Shown here in pieces: positions 28,542 to 37,697 of a stretch of 64,000 nucleotides of DNA. The stretch's first letter is position 1; each line of letters opens with the position of its first letter. The position numbers were made by a program, and so were the translations under genes. Under the pieces are notes generated by a model that had not been told where the DNA came from, searched no databases, and saw nothing but the letters and a program-made list of their open reading frames with translations. The DNA comes from Thermodesulfovibrionales bacterium (lineage in GTDB: Bacteria > Nitrospirota > Thermodesulfovibrionia > Thermodesulfovibrionales > SM23-35), in assembly GCA_963715195.1 (NCBI GenBank), contig CAVQRT010000008.1:32001-96000 (forward strand), given 5' to 3'.

Positions 28542-29462
28542 ATGAAAAGAGACTTTTTGACCGTATCGGAATTGTCCTCGAAAGAGATTGCCCGTCTCCT
28601 GAAAAGAGCCATGGCGTTCAAGTCGGGAAAAGATGCGCACGCATGCCCGCTCATTGGGAAAAGCATCGGCCTGATATTTGAAAAGGCATCAACCCGTACG
28701 AGGGTTTCATTCGAAGTCGGCATTTATCAGCTTGGGGCACAGAGTATCTATTTGACCCCGAAAGAGATACAGATTGGCAGAGGAGAAACCGTCCACGATA
28801 CAGCAAAGGTCCTCTCACGGTATCTTGATGCAATTGTCATGAGAACGTTCAGCCATGATACCATAACAGAATTCGCATCGCATGCTTCAATTCCGGTTAT
28901 CAACGGCCTCAGTGATCTGCACCATCCCTGCCAGGCACTTGCTGATGTAATGACCATTATCGAGAAGAAAGGGCGTCTGAACGGTATCCGTCTTGCGTAT
29001 GTGGGAGACGGGAACAACGTTGCAAATTCCCTGATCGAAGCTGCATCAATCACGGGAGTGAGCCTCACCATTGCTTGTCCCGGAGGATATGAACCGACTG
29101 TTGAGATTCTCCGTCGGGCACGGTCATTGTCAAAACATGAGATCACGATTGTACGGGATCCGAAGGAGGCGGTCTCCGGAGCAGATGCGGTCTATACGGA
29201 TGTCTGGGTGAGCATGGGGCAGGAAAAGGAGGCATTGCAAAGGAAAAAGAAATTCAGGAAGTATCAGTTGAACAGGGCGCTCCTCTCGCATGCCCGTGCA
29301 GATGCGATTGTGCTCCATTGCCTCCCTGCGCACAGAGGCGAGGAAATTACGGACGATGTCATGGACGGCCGGCAGAGTGTTGTTTATGACCAGGCGGAAA
29401 ACAGGCTGCATACCCAGAAGGCGTTATTGGAATTTCTGCTGGCGAATGAAGATTCTTCATAA
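28542..29462 (+). CDS. argF: Ornithine carbamoyltransferase
   Basis: STRTR, HPCQALAD, DVWVSMG, HCLP, QAENRLH. Confidence 0.96.
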   Translation: MKRDFLTVSELSSKEIARLLKRAMAFKSGKDAHACPLIGKSIGLIFEKASTRTRVSFEVGIYQLGAQSIYLTPKEIQIGRGETVHDTAKVLSRYLDAIVMRTFSHDTITEFASHASIPVINGLSDLHHPCQALADVMTIIEKKGRLNGIRLAYVGDGNNVANSLIEAASITGVSLTIACPGGYEPTVEILRRARSLSKHEITIVRDPKEAVSGADAVYTDVWVSMGQEKEALQRKKKFRKYQLNRALLSHARADAIVLHCLPAHRGEEITDDVMDGRQSVVYDQAENRLHTQKALLEFLLANEDSS

Positions 29463-30330
29463 ACTTCTTCCAGAAATCTTTTCACTCTTTGTAATACTCC
29501 CTGTCATTGCCATATTTTTCTTCATATTTCCTGCGGACGATCTTGATGCAAAAACCCTCCGTTTCGAAATATCTCCAGACACAATCAATCAGGGTGATGC
29601 ATTCGTGATCAGAGTGACAGGGGTAAAAAATCCGTTTGCACCAACCGCAACAATGGCAAAAAATAAAATCCCTTTCAGCAGATGCGGGGAGGGATGCTTT
29701 CATGGTATCGGAGCAGTAGGCATCGATACAAAACCCGGCGCCTATCTGGTGAAGGTCAGGGTAGGAAAAGCGAGAAAAAATATCAGGTTAACCGTCAGGA
29801 AAGGCGCTTTTCAGACAGTAACGATGACGCTTCCCCAGGAACAGGTCACTTTGAGCCCGGCTGATCTGAAGCTGGTAAAAGTGGAGAACAAACATCTCAA
29901 AGCGCTCTTCCTGGCAACGTCAGAAAGGCAGTGGGAGGGTAAGTTTCTGATCCCTGTCCAAAATGAAATATCCACGCCTTTTGGAATGAACCGTATTATG
30001 AACAAGACGTGGACGAGCATTCACCGCGGAGTGGATATCAGAGGTGCAGAAGGGGAGGGCGTGAGGGCTTCAAATAACGGTAAAGTCGTCTTGGCCCAGG
30101 GGCTGTTCTTTGGAGGGAATACGATCGTCCTTGATCATGGGCAGGGGATCCATACTGTCTATATGCACCTGTCGCACATGAAGGTTCGTTGCGGGGATAC
30201 GGTCTCAAAGGGTGATATCATAGGACTCATCGGTTCTACCGGTCGATCAACCGGGCCGCATCTGCATTTTGGTGTCAAGATATCGAATGTATCCGTTAAT
30301 CCCCTGTCGGTCCTGAGTTTGGACTTGTAA
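29446..30330 (+). CDS. M23 family peptidoglycan metalloendopeptidase
   Basis: HRGVD, YMHLS, STGRSTGPHLHF; start moved to ATG 29446 (MKILHK, then TM). Confidence 0.9.
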   Translation: MKILHKLLPEIFSLFVILPVIAIFFFIFPADDLDAKTLRFEISPDTINQGDAFVIRVTGVKNPFAPTATMAKNKIPFSRCGEGCFHGIGAVGIDTKPGAYLVKVRVGKARKNIRLTVRKGAFQTVTMTLPQEQVTLSPADLKLVKVENKHLKALFLATSERQWEGKFLIPVQNEISTPFGMNRIMNKTWTSIHRGVDIRGAEGEGVRASNNGKVVLAQGLFFGGNTIVLDHGQGIHTVYMHLSHMKVRCGDTVSKGDIIGLIGSTGRSTGPHLHFGVKISNVSVNPLSVLSLDL

Positions 30331-30379
30331 ACGGTGGAACAATGAAGCACCTCCATTTCCCGGATGCTTATAATCTCTC

Positions 30380-30465
30380 ATGACCTCTCTTTAGAAAAGA
30401 GGGGAAATATTACTGTTTTCCTCCATGTGATTGCCCTTTTCTAAAGGGGGATTGAGGGGGATTCC
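30380..30465. repeat. CCCTCT/AAAGGGGG hairpin repeat remnant (similar fragment at ~21100-21130)
   Basis: CCTCTCTTTAGAAAAGAGGGG and CCCTTTTCTAAAGGGGGATTGAGGGGGATT. Confidence 0.45.
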
Positions 30466-30591
30466 TGGTTAAAGGTATTGAGATTACAAAATTTTCTTAT
30501 GGATATAAGTATCGTCACAAGGGTGCCCCTTTTTTTCGTGTGTATTTTGTGATATGGTATACCATATTTTCGTGAAAGGAAGATGAGGATC

Positions 30592-30732
30592 ATGAAGCTC
30601 AAAATCGTGGCCGTGATTCTGCTCCTGTTGATATGCGGTAGTTGCGCGTCATATCAGTACCAACCTGAATCCTGTTTCCCGTATGCAGAATACAGATCCT
30701 ACCGCGGGCCTTTCTGTTCTCCGTCACCATGA
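30592..30732 (+). CDS. Small putative lipoprotein (46 aa)
   Basis: MKLKIVAVILLLLICGSCASYQYQPESCFPYAEYRSYRGPFCSPSP: basic N-terminus, hydrophobic core, lipobox-like GSC; below the ORF-track cutoff. Confidence 0.6.
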   Translation: MKLKIVAVILLLLICGSCASYQYQPESCFPYAEYRSYRGPFCSPSP

Positions 30733-30784
30733 ACGTATTTTCAACGGAGGGTGAGTTCATACATGAAAATATTCTGTTACTTAA

Positions 30785-30885
30785 TCATTCCGGCTTGACC
30801 GGAATCTTTTCCATGGCTTCTCAGAAGGATTCCCGCAATCTCTGACAAGCGGAGACAGGCTCTGCTTCGCTTGTCAGAATGACAG
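30785..30885. repeat. REP-like palindrome pair
   Basis: TCATTCCGGCTTGACCGGAATC ... TCTGACAAGCG...CGCTTGTCAGAATGAC. Confidence 0.65.
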
Positions 30886-30962
30886 TCCTCTGAGTTGCTT
30901 GGGTAGCTTATGAACAGGCACTCAAGAAAGGTATCAAAGACTGTAGTTTCGTATCATAAGAC

Positions 30963-32624
30963 ATGAAAAAAGCAAAACGATTTGAGCTCATTTCTTTGTT
31001 CGTGTCAATTTTAGCCATCCTCTTTGCTCTCTCTTCCCAGGCGTTTGCTGAAGAAGTTGTTGAGGTAGTCGTCAAAAAGGGAGACTGTCTTATCAAAATC
31101 GTGGAAGAGTATCTTGAAGACCCGCACCAGTGGAAGGAAGTTGCCCGTATCAATCGTTTGAAGAATCCAGATCTTATTTATCCTGACCAAATCCTTATCA
31201 TACCGGTCGGACTTCTTCGCGGCATCCCCGTCGACGGTGTGGTCGCATTTGTCCAGGGAGATGTCATGATACAGGCAAAAGGCACTGAAGAATGGAACCC
31301 TCTCCGTCTTCACGACCGGGTCAAAGAAGGAAGCAAAATCAAAACAGGTGATAAGTGTGCCATCGAAATCGTTTTTAGTGACGGATTCTCCTGCTTCCAG
31401 AAGTCAAATACCGTTGCTGGGTTCTTGAAAGTCAGAAAAAAAGGCGATGCACACGAAGAGAGACTGTCTCTTCAAAAAGGCAGGATAATAACAAGAATCC
31501 TGAAGGCTACGGGGAGGGAATCACGGTTCGAGATTCAAACACCCTCCGCGGTCTGTGCAGCGAGAGGCACGATTTTCAGAACCTCTGTTGATTCGGGTGG
31601 TGATACGCGGTCTGAGGTACTGGAGGGGAAAACCGAGGTTATTGCTATGATGCAGAAAGAAATGGTTTCCGGGGGTGAAGGTACCCTTGTCCGAAAAGGG
31701 GAACCTCCGTTAAAACCGAGAAAGCTGTTGCCGCCGCCAAACGTTAAACAGGGCGAGAAGGTTTTCAACAAACTGCCTCTTCTTTTGAGGTTTGATCCGG
31801 TTGAAGGAACCATTTCTTACAGAGTTTTATTGACGAAGGACACACATGGGAAAGAAATTATATATGAGAACATCATGAAACCTGATGAACATGTCGAAAT
31901 TCGGGGTTTGGATGACGGCATCTATTTTCTCCATGCACTCAGTGTCGATGAAATCGGACTGGAAGGTCTGCCCTCGGAACCTGAAGAGATTCGCCTCAGA
32001 GTGAATCCTGTGCCGCCTTTCGTCAGTCTGCCTGTAAGCAATGCTGAGTACAGGGAGAAATCACTGCAATGCAATTGGCTGTCGGTCAAGGACGCGGTTG
32101 CCTATCAGATTCAGATTGCTCAGGATAATGCATTTCATCAGATAATCGATGAGAGTTCTGTTCCTGGGCCTGCCTATGATACACGGGAACTTGATTATGG
32201 TAGTTATTATTTCAGGGTTCGGTCAGTTGCTGAGGACGGATATGAGGGTGCATGGTCAGATTCCATTCCCTTTACTGTAGTTCCCCCTCCGCCGGCACCC
32301 CCTGTAGAACCACCTAAGCTGGATAAACAGGAGATGCATATACGATGGCAGGATCTTGGGCAGGGGGTAACTTATCATTTCCAGATGGCCCGCGAACAAG
32401 ATTTCTCAGGGGTGATAATCGACAAGAGACTGGAGAAGCCGGAGATCGTGATCCAGAGACCTGATGATCCGGGAGTATATTATATCCATGTGAGCACGAT
32501 TGACGCTAAAGGATATGAAGGGAGGTTCTCAAAACCCCAGACTTTTACCATAAGAAAGGGCTCCCTCACCTTGTTTCTCGGGGTCGTCGCTGCCTTAGGA
32601 CTGATATTCTCTCTTTTGCCCTGA
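30963..32624 (+). CDS. Exported LysM - FecR - fibronectin-III protein with C-terminal membrane anchor
   Basis: Signal peptide; VKKGDCL...W.EVARIN.LKNPDLIYPDQ (LysM); FEIQTPSAVCAARGT.FR...EVLEG (FecR); three repeats ending YY..V...G.EG..S (FN3-like); hydrophobic C-terminal tail. Confidence 0.85.
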   Translation: MKKAKRFELISLFVSILAILFALSSQAFAEEVVEVVVKKGDCLIKIVEEYLEDPHQWKEVARINRLKNPDLIYPDQILIIPVGLLRGIPVDGVVAFVQGDVMIQAKGTEEWNPLRLHDRVKEGSKIKTGDKCAIEIVFSDGFSCFQKSNTVAGFLKVRKKGDAHEERLSLQKGRIITRILKATGRESRFEIQTPSAVCAARGTIFRTSVDSGGDTRSEVLEGKTEVIAMMQKEMVSGGEGTLVRKGEPPLKPRKLLPPPNVKQGEKVFNKLPLLLRFDPVEGTISYRVLLTKDTHGKEIIYENIMKPDEHVEIRGLDDGIYFLHALSVDEIGLEGLPSEPEEIRLRVNPVPPFVSLPVSNAEYREKSLQCNWLSVKDAVAYQIQIAQDNAFHQIIDESSVPGPAYDTRELDYGSYYFRVRSVAEDGYEGAWSDSIPFTVVPPPPAPPVEPPKLDKQEMHIRWQDLGQGVTYHFQMAREQDFSGVIIDKRLEKPEIVIQRPDDPGVYYIHVSTIDAKGYEGRFSKPQTFTIRKGSLTLFLGVVAALGLIFSLLP

Positions 32625-32637
32625 AAGCCGCTCCATT

Positions 32638-34794
32638 GTGAAATTTCATCTGACACATAAGAGTATCCTGCGGTATATCGTCATTCTCTCTCTTGGCCTT
32701 GCCCTTATCCTCTTTTCAGATTACCTTGGTCTTTTTGAAGGAATTGATCTTTATCTCTACGATCTTTCGTTTCGGATACGGGGACCGTTAGATCCTGACA
32801 GGGAAATTATCATTGTCGCCATAGACGAGAAGACGCTTGATGCATTGGGGAGATGGCCTGTTAAGAGGGAGTATTATGCCCAGTTGCTTGAATCAGCAAA
32901 AGAAGCCAGGGTTGTTGGTATTGATATTATCATGGCGGAGAGTTCAAACGGTGATGATATCCTGAAAGCCGCGCTCAAAATGCACGGGAGGGTTGTGTTG
33001 CCGGTCTATGTTGAGAGCAGGATGAATATTTCCTATCCGGCAGAAACATTATCTCCTGCGAGAACAGGCCATATTCATGTCGAACAAGGGATTGATGGTG
33101 TTATCAGAGCGGTTTTCCATACCCTGATTTACCAAAATACGGTGTTGCCTTCCTTTGCATCGGCAATCTATGAGCTTTCGGCCAATACCGTGCTCAATCG
33201 TCAACAGACTGCAGAGATGTCAGATGGATCTGCAGACCCGCAAAGGATATTGCAGGCAGATCCCATGAACATTAATTACTTCGGCCCGCCCGGAACCTTT
33301 CAGCAGGTTTCTTTCCTTGAGGTTATCACCGGCAAGTATCCGCAGTCTTTTTTCCACGATAAAATCGTACTGGTTGGCGTGACAACACCCGGGATCGAAG
33401 AAAGCATGTTAACTCCGTTTGCGCAACACAGGGACCGGATGGCCGGGGTAGAGGTGCATGCAAATATCCTGAACAGCATGATTGCTAACAATGATATACA
33501 TACTCTTCATGATCTTTTCCGATGGGTTGCTACCATTATTGTATCTGTCCTCTGTTTCTTCCTCTTCCTGCAATTTAATGAAAGGAAAGCCACCGTGCTC
33601 TGGATCGTGAGCCTCGTGATGGTCGCCGTTTCGGTATTCATTCTTTTTTCGGTGATGCAGGTTTGGGCAGGACCAGCAATCATGTATATTGGGCTTACCT
33701 TCATGTTTTTAACTGCCCATGTTGTGAGGCTCGAGGAGATGGGTAAGTTGCTCACCATAGCAAATGATGAATGGTACAGGACATTTAATGACATAAACGA
33801 CGCGATTATCGTGCATGATTGTGATTTTCACGTTGTCCGTGCCAATAAGGCAGCTGAAGAGATCCGCGGAACCGACCTGTTTCAACGGATAACGATGAAG
33901 TGCCGTGAACAGTTTATGGATCGCAAGAACCGCGGATTTCAGTCACACAGCATTTCCGGTCCGGCTAATCCATCTACCATGGAGATGTTTGACGCCGCTC
34001 GGAACAGGCATCTTGAAATACTCACTATCCCGCGGATGGACGGCAGGAATCGTATGACCGGTGTTATCCAGATTATCAGGGATATAACGGAGAGAAAACA
34101 GGCTGAGGAGGCGATCAGAAAGAGTGAGGAGCACCTGCGGAATCTCACCGCCTATATTCAGAAGGTATCAGAGATCGAGAGAACGAATATAGCCCGTGAA
34201 ATCCACGACGAACTCGGACAAGCGCTGACGGTTTTGAAAATAGACCTCTCGTGGCTCAGAAAACGACTGCCGCAGGATCAGGCAGCGATGATCGAAAAAA
34301 TTGATGTCATGTCAAAGATCATCGATAAAACCATCATGACGGTAAAGAAAATTTCGACTGATTTACGGCCGGGATTGCTGGATGACCTGGGTCTTTCAGC
34401 AGCCATTGAGTGGCAGTCCGAGGAATTTGAAAAAAGAACCGGCATCCCCTGCAGCATAACGATTGATCCAAAAGACGTCTCATTTGACAAGGATCGGAAC
34501 ACGGCGCTGTTCCGTATCCTCCAGGAGGCCCTGACGAATATCGCACGGCATGCGGAGGCCACGGAAGTGAACATCAACCTGCATCTGAAAGATGATCAGA
34601 TAGAGCTGAACGTTCAGGACAACGGGAGAGGAATTCGGGAAGAGGAGCTTGACGGTCCTCAGTCGTTCGGCCTCATGGGAATGCAGGAACGTGCTATAAT
34701 GTTCGGCGGGAATGCTGTCATTCAGGGTATTCCCGGAAGAGGCACTGCCGTGACCGTGAAAATTCCTGCAGAGAATGTGCGAGAAAACCCGTGA
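32638..34794 (+). CDS. CHASE2 - PAS - HisKA_3 sensor histidine kinase
   Basis: IVAIDE..L..LGRWP, DGVIR, GVEVHAN (CHASE2); three TMs; PAS; IAREIHDELGQAL; QEALTNIARHA, DNGRG, GLMGM.ER. Confidence 0.92.
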   Translation: MKFHLTHKSILRYIVILSLGLALILFSDYLGLFEGIDLYLYDLSFRIRGPLDPDREIIIVAIDEKTLDALGRWPVKREYYAQLLESAKEARVVGIDIIMAESSNGDDILKAALKMHGRVVLPVYVESRMNISYPAETLSPARTGHIHVEQGIDGVIRAVFHTLIYQNTVLPSFASAIYELSANTVLNRQQTAEMSDGSADPQRILQADPMNINYFGPPGTFQQVSFLEVITGKYPQSFFHDKIVLVGVTTPGIEESMLTPFAQHRDRMAGVEVHANILNSMIANNDIHTLHDLFRWVATIIVSVLCFFLFLQFNERKATVLWIVSLVMVAVSVFILFSVMQVWAGPAIMYIGLTFMFLTAHVVRLEEMGKLLTIANDEWYRTFNDINDAIIVHDCDFHVVRANKAAEEIRGTDLFQRITMKCREQFMDRKNRGFQSHSISGPANPSTMEMFDAARNRHLEILTIPRMDGRNRMTGVIQIIRDITERKQAEEAIRKSEEHLRNLTAYIQKVSEIERTNIAREIHDELGQALTVLKIDLSWLRKRLPQDQAAMIEKIDVMSKIIDKTIMTVKKISTDLRPGLLDDLGLSAAIEWQSEEFEKRTGIPCSITIDPKDVSFDKDRNTALFRILQEALTNIARHAEATEVNINLHLKDDQIELNVQDNGRGIREEELDGPQSFGLMGMQERAIMFGGNAVIQGIPGRGTAVTVKIPAENVRENP

Positions 34795-35423
34795 TCAGGC
34801 TTCTCATTGCCGATGATCATGCAATTTTCCGGGAGGGGTTGAAACACATCCTTGAAGAGCATCCTGATATTGTTGTTGCTGATGAGGCAGGGAATGGGCA
34901 GGAAGTCCTCGACAAGGTATGGAAAAACGAATACGACATGGTCTTGCTGGATATCGGCATGCCCGGAATGCCTGCCCTCGAAGTCCTGAAACAGGTTAAA
35001 AATGAAAGGCCTCGATTGCCCATCCTTGTTTTGAGCATGTATCCCGAGGATCAATACGCAGTGCGGTTCATCAAGGCCGGTGCCTCGGGCTATCTGACAA
35101 AGGAAAGCGCGCCTGATGAGCTGATTACGGCGATACGGAAAATCACCGCAGGGAGAAAATACATTACCTCCTCCGTTGCAGAGAAGTTGGCTGATTTGGT
35201 TGAGCCTGATACTGAAAAACCAGCCCATCATGCGCTCTCGGACCGCGAATTTGAAGTATTCCGCCTGATCGCTTCCGGAAAGACTGTCAAGGAGATCGCT
35301 GAGGCTCTTTTCTTAAGTGTGAAGACGATCAGCACTTACCGAACCCGCATTTTGGAAAAGATGAGGATGAAGACCAATGCGGAATTGATGCATTATGCCC
35401 TCAAGCATCACATGCTCGACTAG
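34791..35423 (+). CDS. NarL/UvrY-family response regulator (REC + LuxR HTH)
   Basis: IADDH, LLDIGMP, GASGYLTK, LSDREFEV...IA..L.LS.KTISTYR.RILEK. Confidence 0.93.
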   Translation: MIRLLIADDHAIFREGLKHILEEHPDIVVADEAGNGQEVLDKVWKNEYDMVLLDIGMPGMPALEVLKQVKNERPRLPILVLSMYPEDQYAVRFIKAGASGYLTKESAPDELITAIRKITAGRKYITSSVAEKLADLVEPDTEKPAHHALSDREFEVFRLIASGKTVKEIAEALFLSVKTISTYRTRILEKMRMKTNAELMHYALKHHMLD

Positions 35424-35488
35424 TGGAATCCTAGTCTGTTTCAATCCATTCTCCTATCTGCTGTCTCCTGTCTGCCACCTTCCCGGTA

Positions 35489-35530
35489 TGTAGGACTGTT
35501 CCCGACAGAACAATAGGCAGAAATCCTACA
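35489..35530 (+). promoter_or_regulatory. Tandem inverted repeats, candidate binding sites for the adjacent NarL-family regulator
   Basis: TGTAGG-N7-CCGACA (35489-35507) and AATAGG-N7-CCTACA (35512-35530). Confidence 0.55.
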
Positions 35531-35663
35531 GAAAAAAGAGCAAGCCACTGATACTCCTGTCCCGAATAATGTGTAAAAATGGAGACAAGAAAGCGTAAAA
35601 GGCCTGAGAGGAGGATATACAGATAGCGATGGATAACCATGTATTCCGGTGCGGTGAAATGAA

Positions 35664-36053
35664 GTGAAGGTTCTCATAGTTGACGATTCGGGTGAAGTGA
35701 GAGAACGCATAAAAATTCTCCTCGCAGAGGTGGAGATGGTTGAGATGATCGGGGAAGCGGAAAACGTTCAGCAGGCGATAGAGCAAATCAGACAACAGGG
35801 GCCTGATGTAATTATCCTCGATATCAGGATGCCTGGTGGGAACGGTATCGATGTGCTCAGGGCAATTGAGAAAAAGGACCGGTCGCCTGTCATCATCATG
35901 CTCACGAACTATCCGTATCATCAGTACGAGAGGAAATGCATCGATGCCGGTGCAGATTTCTTCTTTGATAAGTCACGGGAATTTGAAAAAGTTATCGAGG
36001 TTCTGAACGGAAGTATGGCAGGGACAGATAGCAACCTCCGGACTTTTTCATGA
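35664..36053 (+). CDS. Single-domain response regulator (REC only)
   Basis: VLIVDDS, ILDIRMP, MLTN, FFDK. Confidence 0.9.
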   Translation: MKVLIVDDSGEVRERIKILLAEVEMVEMIGEAENVQQAIEQIRQQGPDVIILDIRMPGGNGIDVLRAIEKKDRSPVIIMLTNYPYHQYERKCIDAGADFFFDKSREFEKVIEVLNGSMAGTDSNLRTFS

Positions 36054-36065
36054 AAAAAGAGAGGT

Positions 36066-36272
36066 GTGGAAATGTCAGTAGAAATGATGGAGATTATCGA
36101 TCAGGAGATTTCAGAGAAAAATATAAAGAATGAATCAAGGGTTCCAAATACAAAACGGGGCAGGACAAAAAAGTGCACGGTGTGCGGAATGAGCACCTAT
36201 CAGAAAGAAGGGCTTTGTGTTTTGTGTAAAACAGGTATCAGGGAAGCAGGAGAGGCACTGATCACCGAATAA
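36066..36272 (+). CDS. Small Zn-ribbon protein
   Basis: CTVC...CVLC; GAGAGG SD; lies between the REC and sigma genes. Confidence 0.65.
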   Translation: MEMSVEMMEIIDQEISEKNIKNESRVPNTKRGRTKKCTVCGMSTYQKEGLCVLCKTGIREAGEALITE

Positions 36273-36340
36273 TCGATTCAGGGAAGAATATTCCTGAGAT
36301 GTATCTTCATCCTTGATAAAGCGGAAAGAGAGATGATGAA

Positions 36341-37678
36341 ATGCATACCATGAAAGAGCGCGATATTTTTGAGGAGATTGTTGATTCGGCCAAGCTTGAT
36401 GGCAGGATGTCAGCTCGTGAACAATATGACGCCTTACCACAAGTGTCTCTGTATATGGATGAATATGGAGCACTCCTCAATCCCCTTGCGGCATTCAGAG
36501 GAGTTGACCATACTGAAAGTCGGAACGTCGCAGATCATGAAGATATCACAGAAGATGAACATGAACAGGAACAGGAATACGACAGGACAGAAGATCTGAT
36601 CCAGGCATATTTCCACTCTATGGGTGATATAGTGATTCTGACACGGGCAGAAGAAAGAGCCCTTTCAAAAAGCCTGGAATACGCCCAGGATATGCTCAGG
36701 GCGATTGTCACGGCAACGCCCTTATACCGTGACGTTGAGGCGAGCTGCAATCCATGCGACCGGGGGGAAGAAGGTATCACGACAGAAGAAGAAAACGAGG
36801 GAATCCTGGATAAGACATTAAACGTTATTGATAACCTGATGCGGGCGGGAGTGAAAACGGTATCTGAGAAGGGTCAGCGTCTGTTCGGGAGCCACATCAG
36901 CATAAAAGAGATAGAGAGGCTGTATGCGAAAATTACGGGGGCACGGGAGATTATGACAAGAGCAAAGCATGCTCTTGTCATTCATAACCTTCGCCTGGTT
37001 GTGCATGTCGTCAAGCAGTATGTCGGGAGAGGGCTTTCTCTCCTGGACCTTATCCAGGAGGGCAATATTGGCCTTATGAAGGCAGTCGACAAGTTTGACT
37101 ACCGGAAGGGGTTTAAATTCAGCACATACGCAACATGGTGGATACGGCAGGCAGCACTGCGGGCACTGATTGATCAGGCAAAAATAATCAGGCTTCCTGT
37201 CCATATGATGGATCTCTACAATAAGATTGTTAAAGCTTCGAGGGAGCTGGTATCGCTTCTTGGAAGGGAGCCGAAGAAGGAAGAGATTGCTGCACAATTA
37301 CGGATACCTGTCAGGAAAGTGGAAGAAATCATGTCCGTAGTTCAGGATCCGATTGCTCTCCAGACTCCAGTCGGTGATGATGATTCAACGCTGGAAGATT
37401 TTATCAGTGATGATATGAAATCCTCCCCTTATTGTCATGTGGAGAGAGAGATGATGACCGAGTATCTGCTGAAAATTCTCCATACCCTTACCCCCCGGGA
37501 AGAGAAGGTTATACGGATGAGATTTGGGATAGGGGCTGACAGAGACTACACACTCGAAGAGGTCGGCAAGTATCTCTCCATCACCCGCGAGCGGGTCCGG
37601 CAGATCGAGGCGAATGCGATGAGAAAACTCAAACATCCGAAGAGGGGCAGATTGTTACGAAACATGGAGACGGCATGA
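36341..37678 (+). CDS. Sigma-70 family sigma factor (RpoD/RpoS-like paralog)
   Basis: Regions 1.2 (DLIQAYF), 2 (NLRLVV...LDLIQEGNIGLMKAVDKFDY.KGFKFSTYATWWIRQ), 3 and 4 (TLEEVG...TRERVRQIE). Confidence 0.92.
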   Translation: MHTMKERDIFEEIVDSAKLDGRMSAREQYDALPQVSLYMDEYGALLNPLAAFRGVDHTESRNVADHEDITEDEHEQEQEYDRTEDLIQAYFHSMGDIVILTRAEERALSKSLEYAQDMLRAIVTATPLYRDVEASCNPCDRGEEGITTEEENEGILDKTLNVIDNLMRAGVKTVSEKGQRLFGSHISIKEIERLYAKITGAREIMTRAKHALVIHNLRLVVHVVKQYVGRGLSLLDLIQEGNIGLMKAVDKFDYRKGFKFSTYATWWIRQAALRALIDQAKIIRLPVHMMDLYNKIVKASRELVSLLGREPKKEEIAAQLRIPVRKVEEIMSVVQDPIALQTPVGDDDSTLEDFISDDMKSSPYCHVEREMMTEYLLKILHTLTPREEKVIRMRFGIGADRDYTLEEVGKYLSITRERVRQIEANAMRKLKHPKRGRLLRNMETA

Positions 37679-37697
37679 GGACCGCAGTAGCGTGTTA

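Noticed and set aside
29290..29445. Long N-terminal extension of the M23 peptidase
   Set aside because: It overlaps the argF coding sequence; ATG 29446 gives a normal TM-led protein.
35453..35476. 7-bp CTGTCT(C/G)C tandem repeats (a similar short run occurs at ~49540)
   Set aside because: There are only 3-4 degenerate units and no evidence of function.
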